A program made the position numbers and the translations under genes. The notes under the pieces are model-generated. The model had not been told where the DNA came from, did no database searches, and saw only the letters and a list, made by a program, of their open reading frames with translations. Positions 1 to 13,025 of a DNA stretch of 64,000 nucleotides are shown in pieces (within the stretch, counting starts at the first letter, position 1; each line of letters begins with the position of its first letter). The stretch comes from Rotaria sp. (Eukaryota): the NCBI GenBank assembly GCA_905250055.1, contig CAJNOF010000004.1, forward strand, positions 839,250 to 903,249, read 5' to 3'.

Positions 1-95
1 ATAAACTGGCATATGAGATGTATGAGATTTAGCTCCTATTCATTCGAAAAAAGAAAAAAAGAAGAATGTTTACGATAAATGTTTTGTGTTTTGGA

Positions 96-299
96 TCATG
101 TATAAATTTGTATCATGGAACGAACATGAACTGGAAGAAAAACTAAAGCCGAATAAACGGCTGTAGATATAATAGCAAATAATAATGTTGAAAAAAGTGC
201 ACGTTCCCATGGTTCAAGCATATACAATGCCGTATTAAGAAGATATTGAAGATATAACCAATGAATAAATTTGAAAAAACGACGCACACTTGATAACAT
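96..299 (-). CDS. Serine palmitoyltransferase small subunit (SPTSSA/ssSPT)-like small membrane protein, 67 aa, single exon.
   Basis: The ATG is confirmed as reverse complement of cat at 297-299. The protein MLSSVRRFFKFIHWLYLQYLLNTALYMLEPWERALFSTLLFAIISTAVYSALVFLPVHV matches the conserved core of ssSPTa as remembered (W-YYQYLLVTALYMLEPWER-FNS-L). It is hydrophobic with predicted TM segments. Confidence 0.55.
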   Translation of the reverse strand: MLSSVRRFFKFIHWLYLQYLLNTALYMLEPWERALFSTLLFAIISTAVYSALVFLPVHVRSMIQIYT

Positions 300-1325
300 T
301 CTTATTAATATCTTCTTAGAGTTGTATTAACTGACGTTAATCTAAAATGTAGAAATCAATTGGCACTTTTTAAATATTGTACTCTTTTAAATGGGTTGTA
401 GATATGTAATTTAGAATACAAAGATAAAATGACAAATAAAACGTTCGTATGATCATTACCCTATGCGTAATAGACGACAAATAGCGTAGGGGGGCAAATA
501 TATCTATATGATTAAATGACTCATAAATAACCAAATGAAAACGAACTGTCAATACCTCTATTGATATTTTTAAAAACAATAAATTAAAAAAAATGAAAAA
601 CATCGGCAAACAAAGATAGTAGATGGTCTAATAAGAAAATGTCAATAAAAAAAAATAGATGAGATTCAGGCAAACATATTATAGCGACCTCTAGTGAACA
701 ATACATATATTTATTGTAGATGAACACAATCTAGATCTCTCAGAAGAATTGATTTTTGAATTTCAATTTGCAACTTTGCATATAGACAATCTGTAATAGA
801 AATAGTTTCACATTTTATCGTTGTTCCTATTTTAAAATATAGGTATAGTAAAAGTGTCTTAACACATCGTGCATATTTAACAGTAAATTTGTTGCTCTTC
901 TTTCAAGATAGAAGCAAATCAAACGATCCGAAACTTCCACCATAAAATATTCTCATTAAGATATATATTGTTGTATAAAGTTTCAAGTCACTAATCAGTG
1001 TTGCCTGAGGAGAACTACGACATTCATTTAAAAACTATCATAGATTTGTAGTATCTCCGGATCAATAAACTAAGGGCTTCAATTCTCTTCAGAGTATTTA
1101 AAATTTATTTATTAATAGTTGAGTGCAGTTTAAAAGGAGGAACTGAAATCTCTTGTGGAAGCTTCACCACTCCATCTTCCACTTTTTTCTAGTTACGCAA
1201 CTAACAAGAGCACATTTGTAACTAATCAATCACTTTTGAATTTGTACTTTCTGTATAAGGTAAGCTCTGGAAAGAAATAATAAACTTCAACACGATCAGT
1301 TTCTTTAAGTCGTCTAAATAGAATA

Positions 1326-2367
1326 TTAATCCCTTTTATGTTTTCGTTGTTTTTTGCTTTTTCGTTTATGTGCTGATAGATAATGAACGTCGATTGTTTG
1401 TTCTTCAGCCGGTGTTTCATTTCTATCAATTGTCATTAATGAATCATCATTATTGATTGATGTTAGACTATGATTCGATGGTCGACGTACAATAATCTTT
1501 GGTGGTTTTGTACGAGAAAGTTTTTGGATAGAAGTAGATGATTGATCGGTCTGGCTGGTTGTCATCGATCCGTTGGATCTACTTGTCATTAATGGGTCAG
1601 TGTTGAAAGAATTTAATTTCGTATCACTAGATGTATCAATTAATGAAGAGGAAGTATTGATAGAAGGGAATGTTAAATTCGATGAAATATCATTTTTATT
1701 TGCTATAATAGTAGAAGACTCATCAGATGAAGCAGATGTTTCAATGTTTTCTATATCAGTAGAAATTGAATCAAATTTATTATCTGTTTGAAATGAGTCA
1801 TATGATGTATCTTCATCTTTCGTTTTGTTTAATGATATTGAAGTCTGTAAACTTGATTGATTTTCCTTTATTTGATCTTTCGCTGGTAGATTGTGATTTG
1901 ATTGAATAATATTCGAATCTTTCTCAACGTTGGATTGTCTATCATGAATCTGAAGAAGACCATTTTCTATTTCTGCCTTTCGCTATAATACAAACTTTCA
2001 GATTTTCTCTTCATTATTCATGATTTCAGCTTACTAATTTCTCGATGTTAAGTTGATAATATTTAAGTCCATATTTAACAGCATCTCGTCGTAAATCTTC
2101 AGGAAGTGATAATGGCTGTCATTTTTAGAAATAAACTTTGCATTTCTTCAAATTTTTATATTATATTACCTGTCTATTAAAAACTTGTTCGTAAGCTGCA
2201 AGTGATACTAAATGAAGTAAGGGTAAACGTTCTTTATAGTTCTCTTGAATTTCATCAGAAATAGTAGATAATTCTTGACGAAGATAGATATTACGTATGG
2301 ACATCAATCGACCGGCAGTGATTCCTGGTTCTGTACATGCTAGTGTGCTTTTACTCAAACTTTGCAT
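1326..2367 (-). CDS. 3' part of a multi-exon gene for a hypothetical protein with a long Ser/Thr/Asn-rich C-terminal tail, family not recognised. Exons at ~2161-2367, ~2044-2128 and ~1326-1990; 5' exons were not found.
   Basis: The minus-strand frame at 2161-2367 (…TEPGITAGRLMSIRNIYLRQELSTISDEIQENYKERLPLLHLVSLAAYEQVFNRQ) ends at a GT donor. A downstream exon reads PLSLPEDLRRDAVKYGLKYYQLNIEKL followed by gtaagc. A long open frame then runs to the stop near 1326, ending …KRKSKKQRKHKRD. Confidence 0.35.
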
Positions 2368-3653
2368 AAATAATAAAAGAAAAGTATAAATGAATAAATG
2401 ACATTAATAACATGCGACTGCTGAATAGCGGGAAGTTTTATTATGGAAATTGCGGTTAGAATTTTATGGTCATCATAATATTTAACGTAAAAAAGACGAG
2501 AGCTTTCTAATGGTATCAAAATATTTCAGTTACAAAACTATAGATTTTATACACAAGTTTTACTAGATTTTCCCTCTGTAACATCCAATGAAGTTTTTCA
2601 CATAATGTTTAATATTTAGTTGAATAAAATATACTTTTGTAGAGGGTTTACTTAACTCTAAAATGTCAGATTTCACTAACTTCTGTTGCTAGAAAAAGTC
2701 TTATTGTTCGAAATCACTTATTAGTTGTTAATAATTTTCTCTAACAAACGCCGTTAGAAAAAAAATTGACATTGTGTTTCATTTATTTTGCCCCATAATC
2801 ATTCACAGTTTCAATGAAAAATAAATATTGATACATCTTTAGTTAACTAAAGTAGTCGCAAAAAGTCTCACTACCAGATAAAAAGTACTTAAACTTTAAT
2901 CCTTTAGTTTCTTAAATTGACCATAAGTAGAGTATGTTGAATTCTAATTGCAAAGATTAATCAAGACTTTATTGACCTTCATACAAAGGAGCTAGAAGGT
3001 CAACATAGATTATTTCTTCAGACAAGGATATTTGAACATAGAAAAAAAATATCATCGCGTTAAGACGTTGGGTAGTTAGCACATGAGAGATGATAGAAAT
3101 CATCAAACAATGACCAATATCTCCATCTGATTTTAGCTACTGGTCTCGAAAATTTCTTGATCACAGTCATCAGCAGAGAATAAATCAATATTACGACTGC
3201 CTCCGATAATGAAGGCGTTTCCGTGCCTTAAGATTACAGCGAATTGAAGTGCTCTATCTATGACAAAAAACGGATATTCAAATCTTTCTTTCGTAATAAG
3301 AAAATGCAGATTAACACATTTAAATAGTGAAAAACCAGAAGAGTGTCAAAAAAGTCTTGTTTTGAACCCTAAAGAAAAAAACACAGTGTTTTCATCGTAA
3401 ACCCTTTGCATTAAGTCCTATCCACCTCGGATTACTGTTTGCAATCACGGTTTATCGAACTCGATTTGCAATCAAAATATCAGGCAAAATAGTTATGTAA
3501 TTTTTATCCAGTAGTGGAACTTCTATCGACTACTATGTATTTCGATAAATAACTGTTAGTAAATTATTTAATTATAGTCACTTGTCAAATAAAAAATGCG
3601 CATTTCAATCAATGTATTAAATCAATCATATTCTTCGATTATATAATGTGATA

Positions 3654-3690
3654 GAAAAGAAAAGAAAAGAAAAGAAATGAAAATGAAAAT
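3654..3690. repeat. Microsatellite (GAAAA)n / (GAAAT)n
   Basis: Direct reading: aaagaaaagaaaagaaaagaaatgaaaatgaaaatg. Confidence 0.6.
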
Positions 3691-3720
3691 GTATTATTTT
3701 CTATTTCTAATTGATTCATA

Positions 3721-5092
3721 TATATACAATTCAAAATTTATCAAATAAATCATATTCTTCTTGTGTACATTCTGGTGCTTGAAGAGGTTCGTCTTCAAAT
3801 AATTCAAAATTTTGTGTATCACCTGGATAATCAACTTTTGGTATAATTGGTGGCTGTACAAAGTAATAAAATTTTATTTAAAAAAAATCAAATTCCATTT
3901 TCTTTTACTTCAATTCTTCGTTCCATAATATCAGTCCATAAGATATGTTTAAACCATGGATGTTCTTTAATATCATTTGCTCCACCTGCCATACAGCCAA
4001 GACGACGTGTTCGATCTCGTTCGAGTAATTTTCGAATTAAACAACGTGCAACTCGATCAACAATTCTATATATACATACATGTACGTAAGTATAGTTAAG
4101 CAGTTTGATGCTGATGTTTTACTTACCCTTGTTGAGATGGCCAAGGAATAGGTGCATTTAAAATTTTAATAAAAACAAATGATGGATGATTTTGATGATC
4201 AGTTGGTGCAAATGGAGTTCGTCCTACGAGTAGTTCATAAATGAGAATACCTAATGCATACCAATCGACACCAAATGAATGGCCAACAGATGTGAGAATC
4301 ATTTCAGGTGCAAGATATTCAGGTGTACCACAGACTGTAAATGTTCTGTTGACAGACAATTTTCACATTGACAGTTCAAAATTTATACTTTATTTTTCTA
4401 TTTACCTATCTTGTACATATTTTGCAAAACCAAAATCAGTTAATTTGAGATGTCCTGTAATATCAAGTACGAGATTTTCCAATTTAAGATCCCTAAAATA
4501 GAAAAAAAAACAAATTATCGAATGAAAGAAAGAAAAATACTCTTGAGCTTTTATTTTACCTATAAACAATGGAGAGACTATGCAAATATTCCAAAGCAAG
4601 TATAATTTCACAAGCATAAAATCTGACAATCGGTCCTGTAAAACGGCCAACTTGACGAAAATAAGAAAATAATTCACCACCTGGCAAAAATTCCATCGAT
4701 AAATATAAATAGCGACTATCTCGATATGATCCATAACTAAAAATCATTATTAAATATTCTTAATATATTTCAATTTAGACTATATGAAGAGAAAAAACAA
4801 AAAAAATTGAATATTAAGCTTACAAACGAACAATAAAAGAATGATTAACATTAGCAAGAATTGTTCGTTCATCATTAACATGATTGACTTGTTTCATTTG
4901 TATTATATCACGTATAGCCATTATTTTCAATGCATGATATTCTTCATATTCATCCGTACATTGACGTGTCAAAATAACTCTACTAAATGTTCCTATTCCT
5001 TCATCGGGAAAAGAATAAATATTCGTATAAGATTTTCAACTTGACAAATAATGACAAATTTCGCTTACCAATAGTTGTTATTAGCTCCTCCA
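3721..5092 (-). CDS. cAMP-dependent protein kinase catalytic subunit-like AGC Ser/Thr kinase, 7 exons. Approximate exons: 5068-5092, 4871-4996, 4556-4744, 4402-4500, 4123-4330, 3895-4075, 3721-3855.
   Basis: Exon translations carry hallmark PKA-C motifs. Exon 1 is MEELITTIG, spliced into the Gly loop IGTFSRV…YHALKIM (VAIK lysine). Later exons give [55 protein letters not shown] and [30 protein letters not shown]. The C-terminal tail is [43 protein letters not shown] with the stop at 3721-3723. gtaagc and gtaag donors and pyrimidine-rich AG acceptors were seen at the boundaries. Confidence 0.8.
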
Positions 5093-5574
5093 TTACCTTG
5101 ATTCTCCCCAATAACACTCTGTTAGTTTCAAACAATACTTCTTGTTAATATTTATGCATCCCGACTACTAATAGAACAGGAAACAACAAAAAACGTATGA
5201 GATTATTATTATATGCCACTCTACTATCTATTTATCATTTCTGTATATTTTTGCTTCATGCTATTCAATGTCCTTGGAGAGACGTATGTCATCAAGAAAA
5301 GAAGAGTTCTTATGTCATCAGCAAATATATGCTGTAGCCATAAACATCATTTATTGTATAGTCAAATACTTTGGTCAAATATTCAAAGTTATTGAAAAAT
5401 TAAACACACACAAGAAAAAAAAGAAAAGAATGAACAAACACAACCCAAGGAAGAAAAAAAAAACTGGTAACTATTAATGAGACCAAAAAAAGAAAAACGA
5501 GTCGCTTAGCGAAATAATTATATTAAACTGAAATAACATTCACTTAAGTAGCAAGTTCTCGTTGTCGACGAATC

Positions 5575-6732
5575 AAATTCTATAGAAAAAAAGAAAAAGG
5601 TAAATAAATATAAATTCTTAATAAAACATTATACAAACTTCTTTAATAGCTGATAATTGTTGTAGAATATGTTCTTGTCTTGATTGTGATGCATTATATT
5701 GTGGTGATTGAACAAGCGGATATTGTCGACTTGTATTATCCCATTCTCGTTGTTGATGATAATTATCATTTGTATTAGTCTAAGATATTAAAATAATAAG
5801 CAAAATTCGAGCAAAATCATACAGCAAAAAAAAAAACATGAGCAAAGAGAATTTTGATTACTATTTACTATCAAAACTAAATATGAAATATAAAAATTGT
5901 TTAAATAGAAGATTTAATTAATTCTTATACGTACTTCTGTTAATTCTTTATGTGGTGATGTTTCTCTTGATTGTGATGATGGTGAATTAATTTTAGTTCG
6001 ATCAAGTATGTCATCATTTCTGGTATATGGTATATAACTTTCATATTTATCTAATGATGATCCATGATTAGAATTATAATCTTCATCAGTTTTTGTATGT
6101 ATTGATGATGGTTTTCTTGCACCAAAAGAATCTTGTTGATATTTATTTTGTACTTTAAGTAAATTCATAATACTTTCATCCTTATGATTTCCATATGTTG
6201 AAGTTTTGGATACTGTTGAACGTATACGATTTGTTGGTATGGATTTTTTTTGTTTTTGTTCTAATTCACTATCACTATTCCAACGATTATAACATGTCTT
6301 CTTTTGTACATCATCAATACGATCAAAATTTCCTTGTTCAAAATGTTTAAGACGTTGTCGTTTTTCATAATGTGGATCACGTTTAGAATTAGGAATATAT
6401 TCACGATGTTCAGGATTATTATAATTCCATAATGGACGATGATGAATATCAATTGGAACATGAGAACTATGTTGATTACTCATTTGTGATATTGTACCAT
6501 CATCATTTGAATTTGTTTGATAAATTGATGATGCACGTCGTGATGAATGATTATCATCAAGTGAACGCATACGAGGATTTTTTTTACCTGGTTGATTTGG
6601 TATATTACGATAACCTGCATTACGAAAATGATGATTTGGAACTTGAGGAGGTAAATCAGATTCTTCATAAGCATATGGATTTGTTTGTCGATTTGGTAAT
6701 GCTCGAAAATCAGTTTGAACACTATGATCACT
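5575..6732 (-). CDS. Partial gene for a low-complexity (N/S/H/R-rich) hypothetical protein. A large exon spans ~5934-6732, with a further exon at ~5575-5780 after a GT..AG intron.
   Basis: The 218-aa ORF at 5914-6570 extends upstream in frame to an acceptor (ttgtttaaag) at ~6732. The downstream donor ACAGAAG|gtacgtat lies at ~5934, and the downstream exon encodes …NYHQQREWDNTSRQYPLVQSPQYNASQSRQEHILQQLSAIKEV. No recognisable domain was found. Confidence 0.3.
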
Positions 6733-7872
6733 TTAAACAAAAATATAAATAATAAAAATTAATAAATCAACATTGAATATTAGTTCGATAGGCTATTATT
6801 TACAACACCGGTAAGTAGAAATCTTTTTGTGTAATGTAAGATACACCGTAATTCAATAACACTTTACTTTCCTTATGATACTGTTTCAATTAGAATAAAA
6901 GTTTTCAAGTTATATGTGTTGGAGATATTTCTGTATCTCAATTCAGAAGCATTTGCACTAACTGATTGTATGTTCCAGAGATGAAAAAAAAACATTCTCT
7001 GAAGATTTCGTCGATACAGAATAAGTACAACAAAGCGGCGATCAACTTTACTGAAGACACTTAGCATAAGAACAACAATTATTTCTTCTGAATGAAAACT
7101 TTTCTTATAAATTGATAGAACAGAAGTCCTAGTTTCAGACTATATACGATTTATTGTCCAACTCTTAAAACAGTGATGTGTTTCTTTGAAGGTACTGAAC
7201 TTTGATTCTTTTGCGACTAAGTTTTTTTTGCAATGAATTTAGCAGCTGTGACAATTTTTTTATCAAACACAGATTGGCAATCAAAGCATACATGTTATTA
7301 TTCAAATCTCGAACAAGCTCACTTTCATTTTTGCAGCTAATGTGCTATATGAAATAGTAACACAAATATTGAGTACCAAAATTGTTCAACAAGGCTTATT
7401 TTCAATTTTTCTCCACAGCCGTAAGCGCTAGAAAGCCTCCAAACAGTGAATCGAATAAAGAAAAGCGTAAATATAATTTTATTTAAACTACAAAAAAAAT
7501 GGTAGAACAAACAACTTTCTACAACATTTTTTGACTAAGATGCGACAATTTAGTTGAAGGTCAAAAGATTGTTTGTTATAAAAAACAGTAAGAGCACGAC
7601 TTCAGAGACTTTCAGAACGTTCAATGTAGTCCAAAAAAACGGTTGCTTCCGGATAAGATCGTAAGTCTGTCATCCTCGTAGATGTTATTTTCAACGGGTT
7701 CGAAAGATAGAGCATGAAATTCTACATTTTTCTGGCGTTTTCGATAATAACTATAGTAACCATAACCTTTTCTTTTGCAAACTCAGTAGGAAAATTAGAA
7801 ATGTAGATCAACATCGTTTTATTATGCTCTGCATATTGATATGTGAATCATATTTACTATTAATTTCTGTAT

Positions 7873-7923
7873 TAGATTATGTAGGATCATACATGACATC
7901 TGTATGATCCTACATAATCTAAG
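7873..7923. other. Perfect inverted repeat/hairpin with a 22-bp stem and 7-nt loop.
   Basis: ttagattatgtaggatcataca - tgacatc - tgtatgatcctacataatctaa. The arms are exact reverse complements. Confidence 0.65.
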
Positions 7924-9882
7924 ACACAAGTTAATCGTAAATATGAACACAATGCCAATTTACACTATTAGATTTCATACTGCGTTTGGAAAAGAAATAA
8001 TTATGATTACCATAGTTATTACCAAGTAAGCTCAAAACTGATAGATCATCTTTGATTATGTATATTTCGAAAACTTTTTTAGACATTCAATAAAACAAAA
8101 ACTAAATAGACGGAAAAACGCAGAACTTCATCTTCTCTATTTCTGATCCATCGAATATAGCACAAACGGGGGTGGCAGGTTTACGATATTATCTAGTAAT
8201 GTCCTTATATTTATGCGTTCTTGGAGCTGAAAAACTAGGGTCATGATTTTTTCTAGAGTCCTTGTCTTTGTGAACCAGATAATAAAATTTATTTGTCTAT
8301 CGTCTCATTGCTAGATTGTTATTCTATAAATAAACAATAATAAATTGACTATATTTATTTTATTCAATAAAAAATCTATTTCAATAATACTCTTTTTTAT
8401 TTCTGAAGCGTGGAATGATTGGTGAAAATTCAATATTTTATAGTTTTATTGTTTTTGTTTTTATATCGACTGAATATTTTTGATATATTTCTTTTCATTC
8501 CGGGACATTGCATGATCGAAGAAAATTGTTGAAAAAATGTTGTTTTTTTTTATTCAAGTATTTATTCAAACGGCAAGAGAATTGATGTAGACGGCTTTAA
8601 AGAACAAGGGTGTGTTGCACGACATGTGCGCCTTATAATTATGATATTAAAGCATAATAAATCGTTTTAAGCACGAAAGACATTGCAAGCTAAATTTGTT
8701 GTCTTAATAGTATAATCGATGGTGTATGATTCATAATCATTCTTAGCAAAGTTTGAATCCTTTGTTTTCGATAGTATAAGAAAAGAAAAAAATCCTTAGA
8801 AATCAGTCTGTTCATTTTGTTTATAAAGCTTTATTCCTATTATAAATTGTTCTCAATTAATTCATGAATTCTAAATTCAACTGAATTCTCGTGCGAATTG
8901 TGACAAAATGTGGGGAATCTGTTCGGAAATAAAAACTAGAAACAATTGTTAAAGGATTAAGTAATAAATTGGCTAATCAGAATGATTTTTTTGACTACCT
9001 CGTACATAGAAATAAAAGTGTATGTTTTGACAGTCGACATATATAAGTTTTCCAATCGTTTTAAGTATCGTAAAATAAGCTAAAAGCTTAGCAATTATTT
9101 TTTAAAAATTAGAATAATTACTAAGTTTTCTGTGCAAACAATCAACGTTCTCACAATCAGAAGGTTATTTTTCATCAAATATTGAATCAAGTAACCAAGA
9201 GAACCATAACTGTTTACAGATTGTGCTAGTTGTAATACGATAAATAAGAGGGATTAGCAATGTATATCATAATAAACATATTATAAAACTAATGAATAAT
9301 AGATATTCAGTTGATGAGAATGTTATTTTATACTACTAGTTCTATCTTAGAAATATGCAGAGAAGGATAGGATAAGGATTGGAAAATTTTTCTTAGACGT
9401 TACGAAGAAAATGTTTGTCCTGCACATCTGAACCGTGATACTATTTTGTTATTTATCAGTTTTAGAATTTTCCAATTAGGGTAGTTATTAAGCGAAAAGG
9501 AGATAAAAACTTCGTAGGGTAAGGTAAGAGTAAGAAAATTTTTCTAAATCAGGTTACAAGGTACGAAACAAGCTTACCCTGTACATGTCTAAGACACCTA
9601 AAAATACCTTAAACGTATAATTTCAATGTTAAAATATGATAAATAACATTGTATCTATGCTGGCTGTTATTACCCAATCCATACTAAAATTTTTATTTTA
9701 AAATGATTGATAGCTGAATAAAACACGTGCACAGTATGACATGAGTGCTAGGAATGATATTAGATTACGGTATATCTTATATTAAAATGACCAAAATTGA
9801 ACTCATTTGTTTGATTATTCACAAATGTATATATAATTTAGAAAACCAGAAAATTGTATTAAATGATAAGCATTCATTGTTT

Positions 9883-12040
9883 CTACCTTCGAAATGTTGA
9901 ATCAACTGTATTAACAGCTTCATCTCGACGTGCATCGTTTGGTCGATAAGCTTGTTGTCGATCGATAGCAACATTTAAATGTAATGGATCAACTTTATTA
10001 TTCATATTTTGTCCTGCTGGTGAATCATAATTTGGACCGAAAAGTTTTTCACCTGTTCTTTGATTCGATACTGAACCAGTTGATTTAGCATCTAGAAAAA
10101 ACAAAGAACGAAGTTGTTCAATAATATTATAGAACTAAACAAATCGAATGCATTACCTGAAATTGTTTTAGTTATTGAATCTATTGGATATCCATTACGT
10201 TTAAGTTTATCAATTAATTGAGATCGTTTATCATAGTTATTTGATTCATTTGTTTCAAAATTTTTTTGTACTAATGAATCATGTTGATTAAATCTATTTA
10301 AATCTTGTCCAGTATGATTCGTTTGTTGTTGATGTCTATAAGCAGCTTCTTGTATAAGTGGTTGAACATTTTCATGTAAAAAATCTTGTCGACGTTCAGT
10401 TTCTTGTTGAAAACTTTTTTTATGTTTATTGTCTTCAACTTGTTTTTGTAAATCTTCTAACCATTGACGACGTTCTATTTCTTTAGCAGTTTTAACATCA
10501 TCTTCAAAACGAACATCACCAAATAATAAATTTCTTCGCATTGCAGCTGGAATATGTGTTTGATCACTATGAATATTTGTAGATGGTAATGAATATGAAG
10601 AATTATCAGTATGTTGTGGAATTGGTGGACGATATGATACAGTATTTGATGGTATTTGCTAAAAAAATAAATAAATTAATCCCATTTGAATTCAATAAAA
10701 AGAAAATAGAAAAACAAACAGATGCTCGCGATTGATTTTCATTGATATTAGGTGCACCACCACCTGGACGACCAAATGGATTCCAAACTGGTGGTTTTTC
10801 CGCTAAAAAAATAAAAATTTAGATAAGGAAATCTTTCAATTTGTTTATAATATAAGGTTTCGGTAATTCGAAATTTGAGCAAATTTTTTTTTTGCCATGA
10901 TTGGATAGAGATCGTCGACAAAGGTATAAAAATGTTGCTTCTATCATATTCAGACAAAATCGATTTTTTTTGACATGATAGCAAAAAAGTCATAAAAGCA
11001 GCTTTGTATTTAGAGTCAGCAAGGCACAAACTCTTTTCAGGATATTCAAAACTCATTTGGGTCTACATCTATCATGTAGTTCCAAATCAAAAGCGATTTA
11101 TCAATTGGAAAACTTCATTTGTTAGATGAACCATATGTCAGGCTGTTCGAAAAAATAAGTAAGAGGGATGTAAGGATTGTAATTCAGTTTTGAGTATTAA
11201 GTATACTGTTCAATGCAGATTTTTGTAGCATGCATAGATTTTTTCCTTACTATATAATGAGTAAAAACAAAAAAAAAATTCAGATAAACTTGAGGGCTGT
11301 CGAAGCTTTATGTGTTTGGCGTTTATCAATTTTCTTACGTTTCACTTACAAAAACATCGTGTGAATATGTCAACAATGACCATTGTTTAGGTAATTTGAC
11401 GATCTCTATTCAAGCATGACAAAAATTTCTAATTGCTAGCTTCTTACAATTTTCTTGTTTCCATTGTTGTTGTTTTTTCTCCATTAGTTGTGTTTTCAAA
11501 GCATCATGATTTGGATCTACTAGAACAATACTCAATACTGAGTTTTCTCTTGGGTTTTTTTTATTTACTTTCGTTGACTTTTGGTGAAATATCATGTTGA
11601 TGATCATTAGATTTAAATGATTGTGGAACTGAGGGTACAGATGGTGGTTTATTCGTTGTTGGTGGAAAATCATATTGGAATGTTGATCGTTCTTAAAAGT
11701 CAGAAACAAAATATGAATTTAATTTCTTTTTGTATTTTGATGATACCAGGAGATACAGAAGTCTTTCTATGACGAGGTGATAATTGATGTTTAAGCTGAT
11801 CATATTCAATTTCTAATTGTAATCGTTCAATTTCAGCTTTTTCTCGAAGCCATTTTTGACGTTTTTTTTCAGCCATTACACTTAAAACTTGTTCTCGTGG
11901 TGTAACATGAACTGGTGGAGGTGGAAGAGGTTCAGGTGGTAAATCTAATTTAGGAACAAGGGGCGGAGCTGTTGTTTCAGTATATTGTCGTTGTTGCTGT
12001 TGCTGTTGTTGTGATGGTGGTGGTGGTTCTTCTACAACAA
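9883..12040 (-). CDS. Multi-exon gene for a coiled-coil protein with a duplicated KRQ(K)WL…EL motif and a tentative CCDC66-like domain. Main exons at ~11750-12040, ~11410-11709 and ~9883-10640, with small introns.
   Basis: Minus-strand frames read …PPPPVHVTPREQVLSVMAEKKRQKWLREKAEIERLQLEIEYDQLKHQ…, …LMEKKQQQWKQEN… and …AAMRRNLLFGDVRFEDDVKTAKEIERRQWLEDLQKQVEDNKHKK…RSQLIDKLKRNGYPIDSITKTISGN / AKSTGSVSNQRTGEKLFGPNYDSPAGQNMNNKVDPLHLNVAIDRQQAYRPNDARRDEAVNTVDSTFRR*. The charged heptad-like composition indicates coiled coil. The CCDC66 assignment rests only on remembered motifs. Confidence 0.4.
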
Positions 12041-12179
12041 ATTAAGAAAAGACTTTTTTTTTTAAATTAAAGATTTTCAATCTACGTTTGATTTCTGTGC
12101 TGGTTTTATTCTCGTCTAAAATATAGCTAAATTATTATTGAAAAAAAAATCTTTATTTTGCTTTACTTTTTGAGTTTTC

Positions 12180-12628
12180 TTTTACAGCTTTGACAAGTTC
12201 AGCTAATTCATCCATAGTCATATAAACTCCTAATGTTGAACCATCATCATTAACTCGTATTTTATTAGTTGATTGTTCAGTTTTAGTTTTTTGTTTATTT
12301 GTTCCATTTGGTATAGGAGATTTTTGATTATTTATTTTCGTTTTTTGTTGTTCTGTAAAACGATTCGCCGTATTTATTGCTCGACTCTTTCTTTTGGATT
12401 TTGTTTTTTTGGAAGACTCATCTTCAATAAATTAGTATTAAAATATCAACAAAAATAAATATAGTCATTAACAAACCATTCGTATCAAAAAATATTTGTG
12501 GTTTTCCATCGATAATTTGTGTACGAAATTTCATTTTATCGCTTTCTAATTAAATAAAATGAATATTAAAAACAATTTTTTTTTATTTCATACGAATTGG
12601 ATCAGTTTTAACAGTTGTAGCAGCCATT
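12180..12628 (-). CDS. Candidate 5' exons, either of the adjacent coiled-coil gene or of a separate small gene. Proposed parts: ATG at 12628, MAATTVKTDPIR | ESDKMKFRTQIIDGKPQIFFDTNG | DESSKKTKSKRKSRAINTANRFTEQQKTKINNQK…RVNDDGSTLGVYMTMDELAELVKAVKENSK.
   Basis: An ATG with a short exon is followed by gtatg. There is a second micro-exon and then a 245-bp open frame ending at a donor. The join phases were not rigorously verified. Confidence 0.25.
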
Positions 12629-13025
12629 TATACGATTTTACCAAGGTTTCAAAAATCTAAAAACTATTCATATGTTTTCATTTAAGTGGAGTTCAATGTC
12701 GACCTTCAAGTGGTGCAGTAAAATTTATTCCTCTTTGTTTATATTTTCAACGCGCATGCATGTTTTTTTCTTCATCCATGAGTACCTATTTTGGTCATGG
12801 TTACTTAACAATAGCCTTCATTTTGTTAGTAAAAATTTTTGTCTGTAAGAAAAAAAATATTTATTACGTTATTTTCTATTAAATTTTAAAAATTACTTCA
12901 TATTAATTATTGGAATTAATTAATATTGAATTGAATTATTTGTTCGTTGCTTAGCAACACAGTCACATCAAAGATCACCATCATTTTTATATCTAATTTT
13001 GTTTTGATCTTTTTTTCAGTGAGCT

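Noticed and set aside
4841-5477. Plus-strand ORFs (4841-5044, 5213-5395, 5268-5477) over the PKA-like locus and its upstream region.
   Set aside because: They are antisense to verified kinase exons or lie in poly-A/K-rich low-complexity sequence (…KKKKKRMNKHNPRKKKKTG…). They have no homology or splice support.
7621-7715. GGGTTCGAAAG T-loop-like motif suggesting a tRNA gene. A similar GGTTCGATTCTCA motif occurs at ~52990.
   Set aside because: The upstream sequence cannot form an acceptor stem, D-arm or anticodon-arm cloverleaf (AT-rich, with an A7 run), so these are chance matches to the B-box consensus.
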